IMG/VR virus record: IMGVR_UViG_3300037452_000118
Location: 64,814 to 128,813 of that record
Length of the DNA: 64,000 nucleotides
Reading direction: 5' to 3' (one strand)
Origin: a virus
Below, piece after piece: positions 44,847 to 54,930 of this stretch. Numbering within the stretch: position 1 is the stretch's first letter; each line of letters opens with the position of its first letter. Under the pieces are notes generated by a model that saw only the letters and a program-made list of their open reading frames with translations, ran no database searches and was not told the origin of the DNA. Both the position numbers and the translations under genes were made by a program.

Positions 44847-47722
44847 TCAGGGACTAGTCGAAATGGTCTTATTGCGAAAGGACCAAAGTGCTAATGAACT
44901 GAATGGAGCATCTACCGGGACGAGGCGAGAAAAATAACTGCAACGCTCGACCCATTCGAGCCATACCCATTCGCATTCTATAGTTTTGACCGGGCGCCAT
45001 GCAAACCACGGTTGCCATTGGGATTCTGATTTTAGAATTTTCTTTCTACCTTTCCAGCGCATCATCGTTTCCTCCGACTATCTCGGCGTCAGTCGCTTTG
45101 CACCGGACAAAATTCTCCCGTCCAGTTTTTGTTTGCGCGTTGGTCCGTCAATGCGCAATCGCAGCATAGCCATCACTCGACCTTCTCTGTCTGATGCCAA
45201 TACGACCGGCCCAGGATGACCGTTCCGCACATTTCACATTCATCTGGCGGTGGTGAGTAAGTCATCGCTACTTCGCCTTTGTCTTCTGCCGCAGCGCCCT
45301 CACAATATGCTCGGCATCCGCCCGCTCCAATCTTATGCAGAATGTGGACCGTGACGGGATACGCCCACTGATCCAGGGGCGCTTGCTGGCGGCATGGATG
45401 ATGGTGATGAGTTCGGCCGCACATTTGGTCATCGTTAGTGCCATCCTCTCAGTTCGCGCCGGACTGCAATGATAGGACGCGGCGGCTTACGCGGCTTGCG
45501 CCCGCAATTATTGTTTTCTCGACCGTTGATGTACCCCTGCACAATACATCGGCATTGCGGCCAGTTAGAACACTTCGCAAAAAGTAGTTTGGATTTTGCC
45601 ATGTGGCTGCTCATGGGGGTTCAGTCGGTTACGTGTTCATCTTCCCATTCGCAGACAAGCCGCTCGGCAACGAATGACTCAAAGCCGAGTTTTTCGAGCC
45701 GCTGAATGGCGTCGATGTAGCTCAACTCTCTTGCCTTGAACTCGCGCTTAACTACATCTTCACTGTCCATCAGAATCTCCCTGCATTGGACGGGTTTAAC
45801 CGCCTGTTGCTTCGGCAATGATACTCAGAAGTGCATCCTCGGCTTTGGTCCATTGTTGCTCGCCAGCCCATACCTCGTAGCTCAATAGAGCCGCGCGTAG
45901 ATGGTGGACCGGGACCTTAGACGCATACTCTAGCGCCCGCACGCCGTCGCATTGGTGGTGCTGGCACATGGCGGCAAAGTGCAACTTGAGTTGGCCTGGC
46001 GTCATCTTATCGACGGTCGGCGACTGGCGCATCTTTAGTTCCCGGTTGTTGTGATGTTATTGCGTTGCATTTACGATGTGCCTCGCGTCTTCTGGATATT
46101 TATGTCGCGCAGATATTCCAACCAACAGTGCCTCCAAATCGCAGCCCTTTCGAAAGAAAGTTCGCGGAGCAATTAAAACGTCGCATGGCAGAGGATTTGG
46201 CCGAGCCAACTCTACCAGCGCGGCAAATTCTTCTTCTGATAGGCAAAAATTGCCGTCTCCGCTGATTCTGGCACATATCTTGCGGATATTTTCCAATGTC
46301 ATCGTGACCGCTCCATTGACTACTGATCAGCGCGGCGCTTTGCTAAATCTGGCCGCACGCCCGTTCCCTTACACGCATAACAGACCGTATTGACCACAGC
46401 GTTCACGCCGTAGGACCAAATACGTCCCATGCCGTCGCACAACTCACAAATCGGAGGATGATCTTTTTGATCCATTTGTTACCTGCTTTGGACGGGACAA
46501 CCGCCAACTACCACCAATCGGCGGCATTATAGAAAACGTGGCCACCTGGTGTAACCGTGACTTCGCAGCCATCACCAGCAACATAGGTAACGGATTTTTT
46601 GAGGCGCTTCGCTTGCTCAATCGCCCGCTGCTCACGCTCCGTATCGGCTCGGTCTTGCATTTGTTCTTTCTCATAAGCGCCCATGTTCCGAGTCCTGTGT
46701 GTTTATTGGCGGTCAGTCGGTTGCTTCTAGTAGACGATGTAGCAACGCGAGCCTTAGCATTTGGGCTGCTTCATCCTCTTGTCCTCGTTCGCGAGATTCA
46801 AAAGCCATTTGCTCCAGGACTTCGGCGCAACGCGCGTGGCCAACTGCGTTCCAATCTATTAATCCAGGTTCGCTCATGGCGACATACGTCCTGTTATCGC
46901 CTGTTTGCGGAGAATAGGCGCCGTAATCTCCGCACATTCCATCTGCGGCGCTCCCAGCGGGCGACCGCGGCCCAACCCCATTGATCGAGAGGTCCGAATT
47001 GCGCATTGGCATCTTCTAGCTGGCGCCGGTTGAATGGCGGCGGAATAAGGTAGTAGAGCCACGGGCGCGGCGTCCATCTAAGTTCTGGGATTTCGGTTTC
47101 GATCATTGGCTGGCGTTCCTAGTCGCGCCGCTGCGCAAAAGATATAACCAGATCACGCAACCGATCATAAACGCCGCGCGATATGACAACGCTATCATTG
47201 TCAGGTTTTTGTCGGGTCTTGAGTTTGGAAAGTTCTTTGTGGGCGCGGTGCCCCGCCGGCAGGACACCCACATACTCGTCAAGGGTCATTTCTTCCTCAA
47301 CCATTGGTACAGCTCCATGTTAACCCCGTGCAGTTCTCGATCATGTCTCTGCTTGGTCATCAAGAAACGTGTTGTTGATAATGGCCTCGGCGCAGTTCTG
47401 CACGTCGTCCTCAGACAAACCACTTTCGACGGCATCCTCTAGGAGCTTGAGCAGGGCGTTTTCAAATTCTTCAAGCGTCATGGCTGTTAACCCCGTGTCA
47501 GGCGGTCGCTTTCTGCCGCGTCGGCAGAAACAGCCGTGTGTACCAATCGACGTTCTGCTCAAACGTCCGCTTGCCGCGCTCGCGTACCACCTCATCATCG
47601 GACGCCATCAGGTCTAGATTGGCGATGAAGACCTTGCACCAATGCTTCTCGCCGGGATCGTCGGTTGTTCTGGCGACGGCCAGAAGTTCGGCGCGCTTGG
47701 TTCGGATTTCGGAGGAGGTCAT
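44847..47722 (-). other. Cluster of short lower-GC hypothetical phage genes
   Basis: Tightly packed minus-strand ORFs such as 44847-45065, 45621-45818, 45796-46032, 46057-46302, 46894-47106, 47119-47304, 47498-47722. Confidence 0.55.
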
Positions 47723-47735
47723 TTTCGCGTTGCCA

Positions 47736-49307
47736 TCAACGGTGCTGCGGGACGCGCAGCGGGTTAGGGAACTGGCGCACCATCAGATGCGGCGGGATCG
47801 GGGCTTTGCCGGCCATTTGTTTCATAAATGCGGCGACGTTTGCCTTGTTGCATTGGCGCAAGATGCTCGCGGCCCACGCCTCCTCCATCGGGCGGTGCTT
47901 CGGCCCGCTCTCTCCACCAATAATTATCCAACTCAGGTGAGGCTGGATCGGATCGCCGGTCTCGGTATAGCCGAATTTTCCTCCGTGCCCGCGAACGCCG
48001 GTCAGCGCGTTGATGGTTCTGAAGACGGTGTTCTCGTCTGGCGCCGACATCGGGATGTGGCAGAAGTCGATAGGTCCGATCAGGGGCTCAGCGCTGACGA
48101 ACCTGATCGCCGCCGGCGTCTTCAAAAGGAGCGGCACGCGCTCGTCGGCTTCCTGCTGGCGCTCTGCGGAAATGCCCAACCATACATTAGGCAGTGGCCA
48201 TATCAAACGTGAGGCCAAGTTCTCCCGGTACAGATCGCCGAAACCGCCCTCGGTTTCATTTGATATTTTTCCGCAATGTCCTTCACCATTGCGCCGGCCT
48301 TCCGCATCTGCCTCATCAGTAAAACGTCGGCTTCGGTTAAATGCGTCTTCGGATGCTTGCTTCCTTTGGGCCGATTGCGGTTCACGTTCAAGACTTCGAT
48401 CGCGTGGCGGCGCTGTTCCGAATAAGTCGCCAGCTCCAGATTGTCCGGGTGGTTGCGCTGTTTGTTCCCGTCCTCGTGCTTGTGATTGATCGTCAGACCA
48501 TCCGGTATTGGGCCGTTGAAATAGGTCCAAATGACTCGGTGTGCGCCCGTCACCGTCTTTACGCCGTTGATCGTCGTCGTAATCAACAAATAGCCGTCCC
48601 GAGTCGGATATTCGGCTCGCACCCGTTTGCAATCTGTCAGCCCCACTCTCTTTTGATAATCGCTCTCCCCCTTCTGACGTGGCTTCCCGTGTCGCTTCTT
48701 GAGCCGCCATATCTGGCCCTCCGCGTCGATTTCCAGTTCGCCGGCCGTTACTAGCGAGAGGATGATCTCTTCCTTGTTCATATCTTGCCTTATACACTAA
48801 AGCGGACACGCGGTCTATCGTTTCGGGCGATGAGCAATAGGCTCTCATACGTTCTGCTCTTTTGCTCAAAACTTGGAACGTGTGCTGCGGGCACAGCGCC
48901 ATGACGGCTAAGATTTTATCGATCGCCTCATCGGGCAGGGACTCGTGGAAAATGTCGCTGGTCGAGCTGGCGAATATCTTGGCCGGCTTGCGCCAGTTCA
49001 TCGGCAGCGCCAGGCGATCCTCTTGCAGCTCGACCTTGCCGGTCCAACGCGGCTTCCCGTTCTGCATCTCGGCAAAGCCGTGGCCCCATTGGTCCTTGAA
49101 CGTCGGCGGCTTCTTGCCGGAGTTCTTCGGGTCGGCGCGCCATCGGGCCTCGACCTCCGCTGCGGACAAGGAGAACCGCGCCGCCAAACCTTCCGCGTAG
49201 CAGCCGCCGTGAGGTCCCGGACCGCCGCAGCCGGGCGAGACTCTGGTGCAGCCCCGGATCGGGTTCCAGTCGGACCGGTCGGTCCACTCGATTTTGCTCT
49301 CAGCCAT
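47736..49307 (-). CDS. DUF5131 (phage Gp37/Gp68-like) protein with a ~195-aa insertion
   Basis: SKIEWTD..WNPIRGCTRVSPGC..CYAE, SDIFHE, HTFQVLSKR, WPLPNVWLGISAE, FVSAEPLIG, WIIIGGESG, FMKQ. Confidence 0.9.
   Translation of the reverse strand: MAESKIEWTDRSDWNPIRGCTRVSPGCGGPGPHGGCYAEGLAARFSLSAAEVEARWRADPKNSGKKPPTFKDQWGHGFAEMQNGKPRWTGKVELQEDRLALPMNWRKPAKIFASSTSDIFHESLPDEAIDKILAVMALCPQHTFQVLSKRAERMRAYCSSPETIDRVSALVYKARYEQGRDHPLASNGRRTGNRRGGPDMAAQEATREATSEGGERLSKESGADRLQTGASRISDSGRLFVDYDDDQRRKDGDGRTPSHLDLFQRPNTGWSDDQSQARGREQTAQPPGQSGAGDLFGTAPPRDRSLEREPQSAQRKQASEDAFNRSRRFTDEADAEGRRNGEGHCGKISNETEGGFGDLYRENLASRLIWPLPNVWLGISAERQQEADERVPLLLKTPAAIRFVSAEPLIGPIDFCHIPMSAPDENTVFRTINALTGVRGHGGKFGYTETGDPIQPHLSWIIIGGESGPKHRPMEEAWAASILRQCNKANVAAFMKQMAGKAPIPPHLMVRQFPNPLRVPQHR
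48203..48781 (-). CDS. HNH endonuclease nested in the +1 frame of the DUF5131 gene
   Basis: AHRVIWTYFNGPIPDGLTINHKHEDGNKQRNHPDNLELAT, KGSKHPKTHLTEADV, C-terminal HTH ..ICTGRTW. Confidence 0.9.
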   Translation of the reverse strand: MNKEEIILSLVTAGELEIDAEGQIWRLKKRHGKPRQKGESDYQKRVGLTDCKRVRAEYPTRDGYLLITTTINGVKTVTGAHRVIWTYFNGPIPDGLTINHKHEDGNKQRNHPDNLELATYSEQRRHAIEVLNVNRNRPKGSKHPKTHLTEADVLLMRQMRKAGAMVKDIAEKYQMKPRAVSAICTGRTWPHV

Positions 49308-49578
49308 CTGCGCTCTCGATGATCTTGCGGAGGTCCCCGCAGCGGGGGCAGTTCAGGGTGATCGTCGTCCGGTCGATGCTGACGGTGCCGGCGCAGCGGT
49401 GGGCCGGCCGCTTGTCGGCGCAGTGCGCCCTGACGAGGAGCTCGCGGAGATGGCGGTAGACCTCGGCCACCTTCGGCTCCTCCGCCACCGGCATGTGGCA
49501 GCAGGTCGCCGGGATCTCGCCGGGGACGGCGTCGACCGGGATGATGCCCTCGCTGGTCGGCTCCTGGCGCTTCTTCAT
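49300..49578 (-). CDS. Small Cys-rich protein
   Basis: MKKRQEP..CAG..CPRCG; coupled to neighbours. Confidence 0.55.
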   Translation of the reverse strand: MKKRQEPTSEGIIPVDAVPGEIPATCCHMPVAEEPKVAEVYRHLRELLVRAHCADKRPAHRCAGTVSIDRTTITLNCPRCGDLRKIIESADG

Positions 49579-50117
49579 CGCCCGTTCCTTATCTTGCGCT
49601 TCGGCCATTTCATCGTGCCATGCAGCGGCCTGGAAGGCCACTTCCGTCTGGGGCGCCTAGCCTTGGCGGCGGAATCGGGAGCGCGCTTGACCTGAGACGG
49701 CCTTTTCGGGAATCCAGTTGACCTAGCCGGTGCAAAACCTCGGCGGGACACTTTACTTTTTCGGCCAGAATGTGCGCCACGCTTAATTTGATCAACCCCT
49801 GAAGCGAGGAACTCATCGTAGAACGCCGCCGCCGCCGCGAAAGGATCGATGCCGGCATTGTCGAAGAACCAGCGCTCACTGGTGCGGTGGAGCGCGTACA
49901 TCCCGTTGCGGTGGCAGTCCGCGCAGAGCGGGACGGCCCACCTGTCGCTCGGCTTCTCCTGGCCGGTCTCCCGCTTGCCGCGCGCCGGGCAGGCGCCGCG
50001 GATGTGGGCTGCCTCGACGCGGGGCGGGGCCGAGCAGGCGCAGCAGCGCTGCCCCCGCAGGAAGGCGAGGAAGGCGCGATCCTCGACCCGCGGCTCGCGC
50101 TGGCGGAGCTCAGGCAT
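49575..50117 (-). CDS. DUF968-like HNH-type nuclease
   Basis: CCAC..EAAHIR..KPSDRWAVPLCADCH. Confidence 0.75.
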   Translation of the reverse strand: MPELRQREPRVEDRAFLAFLRGQRCCACSAPPRVEAAHIRGACPARGKRETGQEKPSDRWAVPLCADCHRNGMYALHRTSERWFFDNAGIDPFAAAAAFYDEFLASGVDQIKRGAHSGRKSKVSRRGFAPARSTGFPKRPSQVKRAPDSAAKARRPRRKWPSRPLHGTMKWPKRKIRNGR

Positions 50118-50589
50118 CTTGCTTTTCCTCGGCCGGCGCGTCGGCGGCGATCAGCAGCAGCTCGATCCACCGGCAGATGCGCTCCGGGCCAGCCCCGGCG
50201 ATGCCGTCCCATTGGCCGGGATAGTCCGGCCCGTCGCCTCGGCGCTCGCCGTGGAACGACATTTGGCCAGTGGGGATGTCGCAGTAAAGAACGTGCTCGA
50301 AGCCGATGGCCTTCGCGTCGAAGCCCCAGCCGAACTGGATGCCGAGGCCTTCGCCGTCCGCGATCAGGACGCGGCAGAGGTTGTCCATCGACCAAGCCTT
50401 CTTGTCGTACGCGGCGTCGCGATAGCCGCGCCCTCGGTACACCTTCGCCCTGGACGACGCTTTCAACGCGCGGAAGAGGTTGAGCGCTACGACGCCGAGC
50501 GGGCCGATCTTCTCCAGCTTGGCGTACAACGCTTTGGTCGCGTCGCCGTTGGAGCCGTTGTAGACGACGGCAATGTCGACGTACTTCAT
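50110..50589 (-). CDS. Conserved phage hypothetical protein
   Basis: GGAG SD; VLYCDIPTGQMSFH..WDG. Confidence 0.7.
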   Translation of the reverse strand: MKYVDIAVVYNGSNGDATKALYAKLEKIGPLGVVALNLFRALKASSRAKVYRGRGYRDAAYDKKAWSMDNLCRVLIADGEGLGIQFGWGFDAKAIGFEHVLYCDIPTGQMSFHGERRGDGPDYPGQWDGIAGAGPERICRWIELLLIAADAPAEEKQDA

Positions 50590-50967
50590 CGGCACTTCTC
50601 CATCCTGGCCGCGCGGTAGTCGAGGAAGTCGGCGGCGGCGTCCATCTCGCGACGCACCGCGTTGGCGATGATCTCGCCGCTTGAGCCCAGCATCGGCGGC
50701 GCTACAACAATCTTCGCGTAGAACTCGCGGAAGGTCAGCGCGGGATCCTGGCAGGACAGCGACGCGATCAGCAGGGTGACGGCGGGGTTCATTTGTCATC
50801 CTCCGCCGACAGCGTCGGGAACTTCGGGAAGTTCTTGAAGTCGGTGATTATCTCGATGGCGAAGAAGATCAGGGGAGTCTCCAGCGTCAGCATCGGGTCG
50901 GGCTCGCGGACCGGCCGTGAGCTGGCCAGCAGCGCGGTGACGGCCAAGGCGGCAGCGGCGAGCGGCC

Positions 50968-51327
50968 TCATTTCCTGCGCTCCGGGATCTTGATCGTAAC
51001 CATCCCCGGCTTCGCCTCGTGGACGGCGTCAATCATCTCGCGGCGATCTTCCTCATTGCCGAAGTACATGACCAGCGGCATCAGGTGCGGCGCGATGCCG
51101 TGTTTCTTGGATGCCTCATCGCCGCCAGCGACGGCGTGCTCGAAGCCGATCCTGAACCCGCGCTCCGTCGCGGTGTCGAGCATCTCGATGATCGTCCCGA
51201 GGATTTCGGCCTCCTCGCCGGCGCCAGACACGGTGCGCTCCATCTGCTTCGCCCGCCGCAGCCCGGATTCGAGCCACCGCCGCGCGGTCTGTTGCGCGCT
51301 GGGGGTCATGACCGGTTTCGCGCTCAT
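50968..51327 (-). CDS. Hypothetical protein
   Basis: ATGA-coupled ORF. Confidence 0.6.
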   Translation of the reverse strand: MSAKPVMTPSAQQTARRWLESGLRRAKQMERTVSGAGEEAEILGTIIEMLDTATERGFRIGFEHAVAGGDEASKKHGIAPHLMPLVMYFGNEEDRREMIDAVHEAKPGMVTIKIPERRK

Positions 51328-52862
51328 GATTCCACCACGTTGACCTTCATGCCCTCGACGGCCTTGTAGCCGCCGCTGGGCTCCTTCGTCAGGAACCCCA
51401 TCGTGGCGAGTTTGTCGCACTCCCGGTAGACGTTGGGCTTCGCGGAGCCGCGGCCGAGGCGTTGGAGCTCGGTGTGCGCCGCCGATCCGGTGGCGCCGTC
51501 GTCGAAGAAGCCGCCGGCGATCAGGCCGGCCAGGCGGCCAGTAAGCGTCTCGTCCGTCATTTGCACCTTCTGGCGCGTGACCTTGAGCTCAATCTCTGGG
51601 ACGGCGCGCAGGAGCTGGAGTACGCCGGGATCGGTGACCGCGCGCCGCTTCACCTCGGCGTAGATCGCGTCCATATCGGGATAGAACTCGACGGACTCGT
51701 CGCCGACCGTTGCCTTGCGCATCTGCTGCGGCGGCGTTGCGTCGGTCACGGGAACCTTCGCGAGCAACCCCTCCAGCCGTTGCACGCGCGTTTTCAGGAT
51801 CGCGTTCTCCTCGCGTAGCGCCTTCGCTTCTTTCTCGTTCACTTGCTTCTCCTTCGGTGGCATGACGCCTGATCCGGTTTTCGGTGGCGCCGGACGCGAG
51901 CCGCCGCCTTCTGGTTGATAGCCGCCCTGCACTTTCACAGTCGGCGCCGGCTTCTTGCCCTCCAGCGCGGCCCTCATCTTGGCGACGAAGGCGGAGATGT
52001 CGACGGCCTGGGGGGCCGCCCCCGCCTTCTTCGCCATCTCGCGGCGGTTGGGGTCGAACGAGCACTTCGCCGACACCTTGATCCTGACCGGCTTGCCTAC
52101 CTCGCGGAACCACGCCCAGCACTCCCCGGTGGGGAGGTCGGCGATGCTGTCGGTGATCTCCTTCGGCGGGTTGACGTTGCCGGCCTCCAGCCACTTCCGC
52201 AGCGAGAGCAGCGAGTTCTTGCCGCGCTGCCGGTGGAGGAGGAGGTTGTCGCACAGCTCGAGGACGGCCTTGTTGACCTCCTCGGCGCGCTGGTTGATCA
52301 GCGTCACGCCGACGCCGGCGTTGCCGCCCATGCGCGCCAGCTTCTCGACGGCGGCGTAGGTCTGCCCGTCGTAGACCCGCTGCGGGACGAACTCCGCGGC
52401 CTCTTCCAGGAAGACGTGACGCAGGCCTCCGCCGTGCTCCTCGTTCTCGTAGAGAATCGTCTCGATCGACGACCGCACGATCTTGCGCCAATCCCCCTTG
52501 GACAGCTTGACGTCGTAGAGGTCGATCACCATCGACACGCCGCTCTGCATCGCGGCGCGGATCATCTTCGGCGCCGACTCCGGGGTCAGCGGGAGGTCCG
52601 GCGCCGCCCCGCCGAGGACGACGACGGGGTAGCCCCTGGAATCCTTCGCGGTGCCGGGCGAGCGCAGGAAGCGCCAGCGCCCGATCGGGTCGAAGGCGAA
52701 GAACGGGATGCCGTGCTCGAACAGCCGCTCCGCGATCATCGTCGCGGTGTAGGTCTTGCCGCTGTCGCGGATGCCGAGGACCGCGTTGGCGCGGCTGGCG
52801 TACTCGACGGCGTCGACGGTAAAGTTCGCCGCCAGCATTATCCTCTTGGAGCTCAAGCTCAT
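51324..52862 (-). CDS. HerA/FtsK-superfamily P-loop ATPase
   Basis: Walker A GIRDSGKT, Walker B VFLEEA, ARMGG..TLINQR; start MSLSSK after GAGG. Confidence 0.8.
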   Translation of the reverse strand: MSLSSKRIMLAANFTVDAVEYASRANAVLGIRDSGKTYTATMIAERLFEHGIPFFAFDPIGRWRFLRSPGTAKDSRGYPVVVLGGAAPDLPLTPESAPKMIRAAMQSGVSMVIDLYDVKLSKGDWRKIVRSSIETILYENEEHGGGLRHVFLEEAAEFVPQRVYDGQTYAAVEKLARMGGNAGVGVTLINQRAEEVNKAVLELCDNLLLHRQRGKNSLLSLRKWLEAGNVNPPKEITDSIADLPTGECWAWFREVGKPVRIKVSAKCSFDPNRREMAKKAGAAPQAVDISAFVAKMRAALEGKKPAPTVKVQGGYQPEGGGSRPAPPKTGSGVMPPKEKQVNEKEAKALREENAILKTRVQRLEGLLAKVPVTDATPPQQMRKATVGDESVEFYPDMDAIYAEVKRRAVTDPGVLQLLRAVPEIELKVTRQKVQMTDETLTGRLAGLIAGGFFDDGATGSAAHTELQRLGRGSAKPNVYRECDKLATMGFLTKEPSGGYKAVEGMKVNVVES

Positions 52863-53185
52863 CGTTCGACCTCTGTGAGTTCCGCCTCGAAGCGCTCCAG
52901 GCATTGCCGGATCCTCGGCCACCGCCCGATGACGAACTGCGCGATGGCCTGCATGGAGCCGGCGCTCCAGCCCAGCGCGGTCCTCGACGCCGCGGCGTCG
53001 GCGAGGAGCCGCTGCAGCCCGGCCAGCGTCTCGCCGGACTCCTCGGGGAAGCGGGCCCGGATGTCGTCGACGATCGACTTGACGACCTCGACGCTGACCG
53101 CAGGCCGGCGCCCCAGGCGGGCGTCGCGGATCAGGTTCTCCAGCGCCTCGACCTGCTGCTCGGCGGTGAACATGCGCAGCGTCAT
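52859..53185 (-). CDS. Hypothetical protein
   Basis: Coupled ORF, high GC3. Confidence 0.6.
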   Translation of the reverse strand: MTLRMFTAEQQVEALENLIRDARLGRRPAVSVEVVKSIVDDIRARFPEESGETLAGLQRLLADAAASRTALGWSAGSMQAIAQFVIGRWPRIRQCLERFEAELTEVER

Positions 53186-53529
53186 GGCGATGCCTTTTTG
53201 ACGTAGTCGGTCCCGGCAATCCATCGCTCAGCTTCTCGATCGGCCGCCTCGGCCGTTTGTTCTGCATTTCGCGCTAAACTGAGGAAGCGATCACGTTCCT
53301 GCCGATAATATCGTGCGCGTTCGATGGCATCTTCAATCTGACCAACGATAAAGGGACCAGCTTTCATGGCAGTCGCTCCGGGCAACCGGCGAGCAGCATC
53401 GAGCCGCCCATAGTGATCGTCCTGACGCCGTCGCAGCCCGGCAGCCATCCCGCCAGCGCGATCAGCGCGCCGACGTAGATCGCAGCCGCGGCGGCACAGC
53501 CGGCCACCTTGATCCATTCCTTCTGACTC

Positions 53530-54087
53530 TCAATCGGCATTCATGCCTCCTTCGCGCCAATGCGTCCCCGGCGCGACGCCGGTCATGCTATCGGCCAGAT
53601 CAAGGACGTCTTTTTTCGACGCTTCGAACCTGGCCTTTGGCATCGCCGGTACGGCCTGGGATTCGGCTTTCCTGATAATGATCTTCGTTCCCCGCACGAC
53701 GATCCGCGCATAAGCATCCTCAGTTCGTACGAATGTCGCCAATGCTTTCGCATGCTTTTCCGAGGCCATGTCGAACTCTTTTTCGGTAAAGTAGCCACAC
53801 TCTATAAGGCACCACTTTCTGTAAAACTCCGCAGAAGGCCAGCGCGCTGCGATCTTTTCCGGTAGATTGTCATAGGCTGACTTGAGTGCTGCAAAAAATT
53901 GCCGGTGGCTCGCCATCGAGCGCTCCTCGACAGGCGCCAGCGTGTAATCTTCGCCTTTCTCGTATTGGCGGCCGCAGAGGTTGGCGTAACGCGGCAACGG
54001 CACCATTGCCATGCGGCGCGTCGCGACGCCGTCCTGGTCGACGACGTCCACCTCGCGCCAGACGAAATTGATCGGGTAAATCCTCAT
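53530..54087 (-). CDS. Recombination-region protein (NinB-like, tentative)
   Basis: GGAGG SD; RSMASHRQFFAALKSAYDNLPE; next to YqaJ/ERF. Confidence 0.6.
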   Translation of the reverse strand: MRIYPINFVWREVDVVDQDGVATRRMAMVPLPRYANLCGRQYEKGEDYTLAPVEERSMASHRQFFAALKSAYDNLPEKIAARWPSAEFYRKWCLIECGYFTEKEFDMASEKHAKALATFVRTEDAYARIVVRGTKIIIRKAESQAVPAMPKARFEASKKDVLDLADSMTGVAPGTHWREGGMNAD

Positions 54088-54237
54088 CTTACCTCCCGAA
54101 GACCATCAAGGCGGGGATGTACAGGAGCGCGGCCAGCATCAGGAGCATGACCAAGAAGCTGACCGCAGTCAGCATGAACGCGACGTAGAAAACCAGCGCA
54201 AATACGATGGCGCAGACGCCGAGCGCTTTGAGGATTT

Positions 54238-54930
54238 TCACTGGTTTCTCCACTGCGCGACGAGCTGGCGGAGCTCATAGCTGAAGGCGTCGAGCGCGTC
54301 GCGGAGCTTGGCGATGTCGGCATCGACGCGCGTCATCGGGAACTTCAACGCCATTTGTTCCTTGCGGCCGTCGTAGAACAATAGCAGATCGACTTCATCG
54401 AGGTCGGCGACGAGCATCGTCCCTTGGCATTGCCAGCGATATTCCGTCGGTGGGAGGCCGCGCTTCTTGACCGCCATCAGCAATTCTGGCCGCATTGTTT
54501 TAATTTCGAGAGCCTTGCGTTTGCCGATCAGCCCGTCCGGTGAGGCGCCGATCACGAACTCCTTGGCGGCGATCGACAGCGGCCGCACGGTGCGCCGCAC
54601 AAACCCGACAGGCTCGACGTCGACGAGGTTGGTGCGCTCGTAGTACGCCCGCGCGAGCGGCTCCATCTGATTCCCACGTTCCATAGCTGGAGAGCGATAG
54701 GTTTCGGCAGGTTCGCCTGTAACCTCCTCCCCGGCGAGTTGGTAGAGATATTTTAACCGCATCTTGCCATCGCCCTCGGCAAGAACGTCAGCAAACCGCG
54801 ATGCCGTGGGCAGGCCGATTCTGAGTTCATGCCATGCCTCGCTGCCCTGCTCGACGTCGAAAAACTCAATACCGTCGGACGGCATAGCAGTTTTCTTTTG
54901 GCGGCCTCGTCGTTCTGCGACGCTTGTCAT
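54238..54930 (-). CDS. YqaJ/lambda-type exonuclease
   Basis: QGSEAWHELRIGLPTAS, MERGNQMEP, GASPDG, LEIK, QCQG. Confidence 0.92.
   Translation of the reverse strand: MTSVAERRGRQKKTAMPSDGIEFFDVEQGSEAWHELRIGLPTASRFADVLAEGDGKMRLKYLYQLAGEEVTGEPAETYRSPAMERGNQMEPLARAYYERTNLVDVEPVGFVRRTVRPLSIAAKEFVIGASPDGLIGKRKALEIKTMRPELLMAVKKRGLPPTEYRWQCQGTMLVADLDEVDLLLFYDGRKEQMALKFPMTRVDADIAKLRDALDAFSYELRQLVAQWRNQ

Noticed and set aside
48150-48880. Group I intron or intein around the nested HNH
   Set aside because: No room for, or sign of, P/Q/R/S core elements; no C/S...HN intein ends; HNH is out of frame. A cmscan is still advisable.
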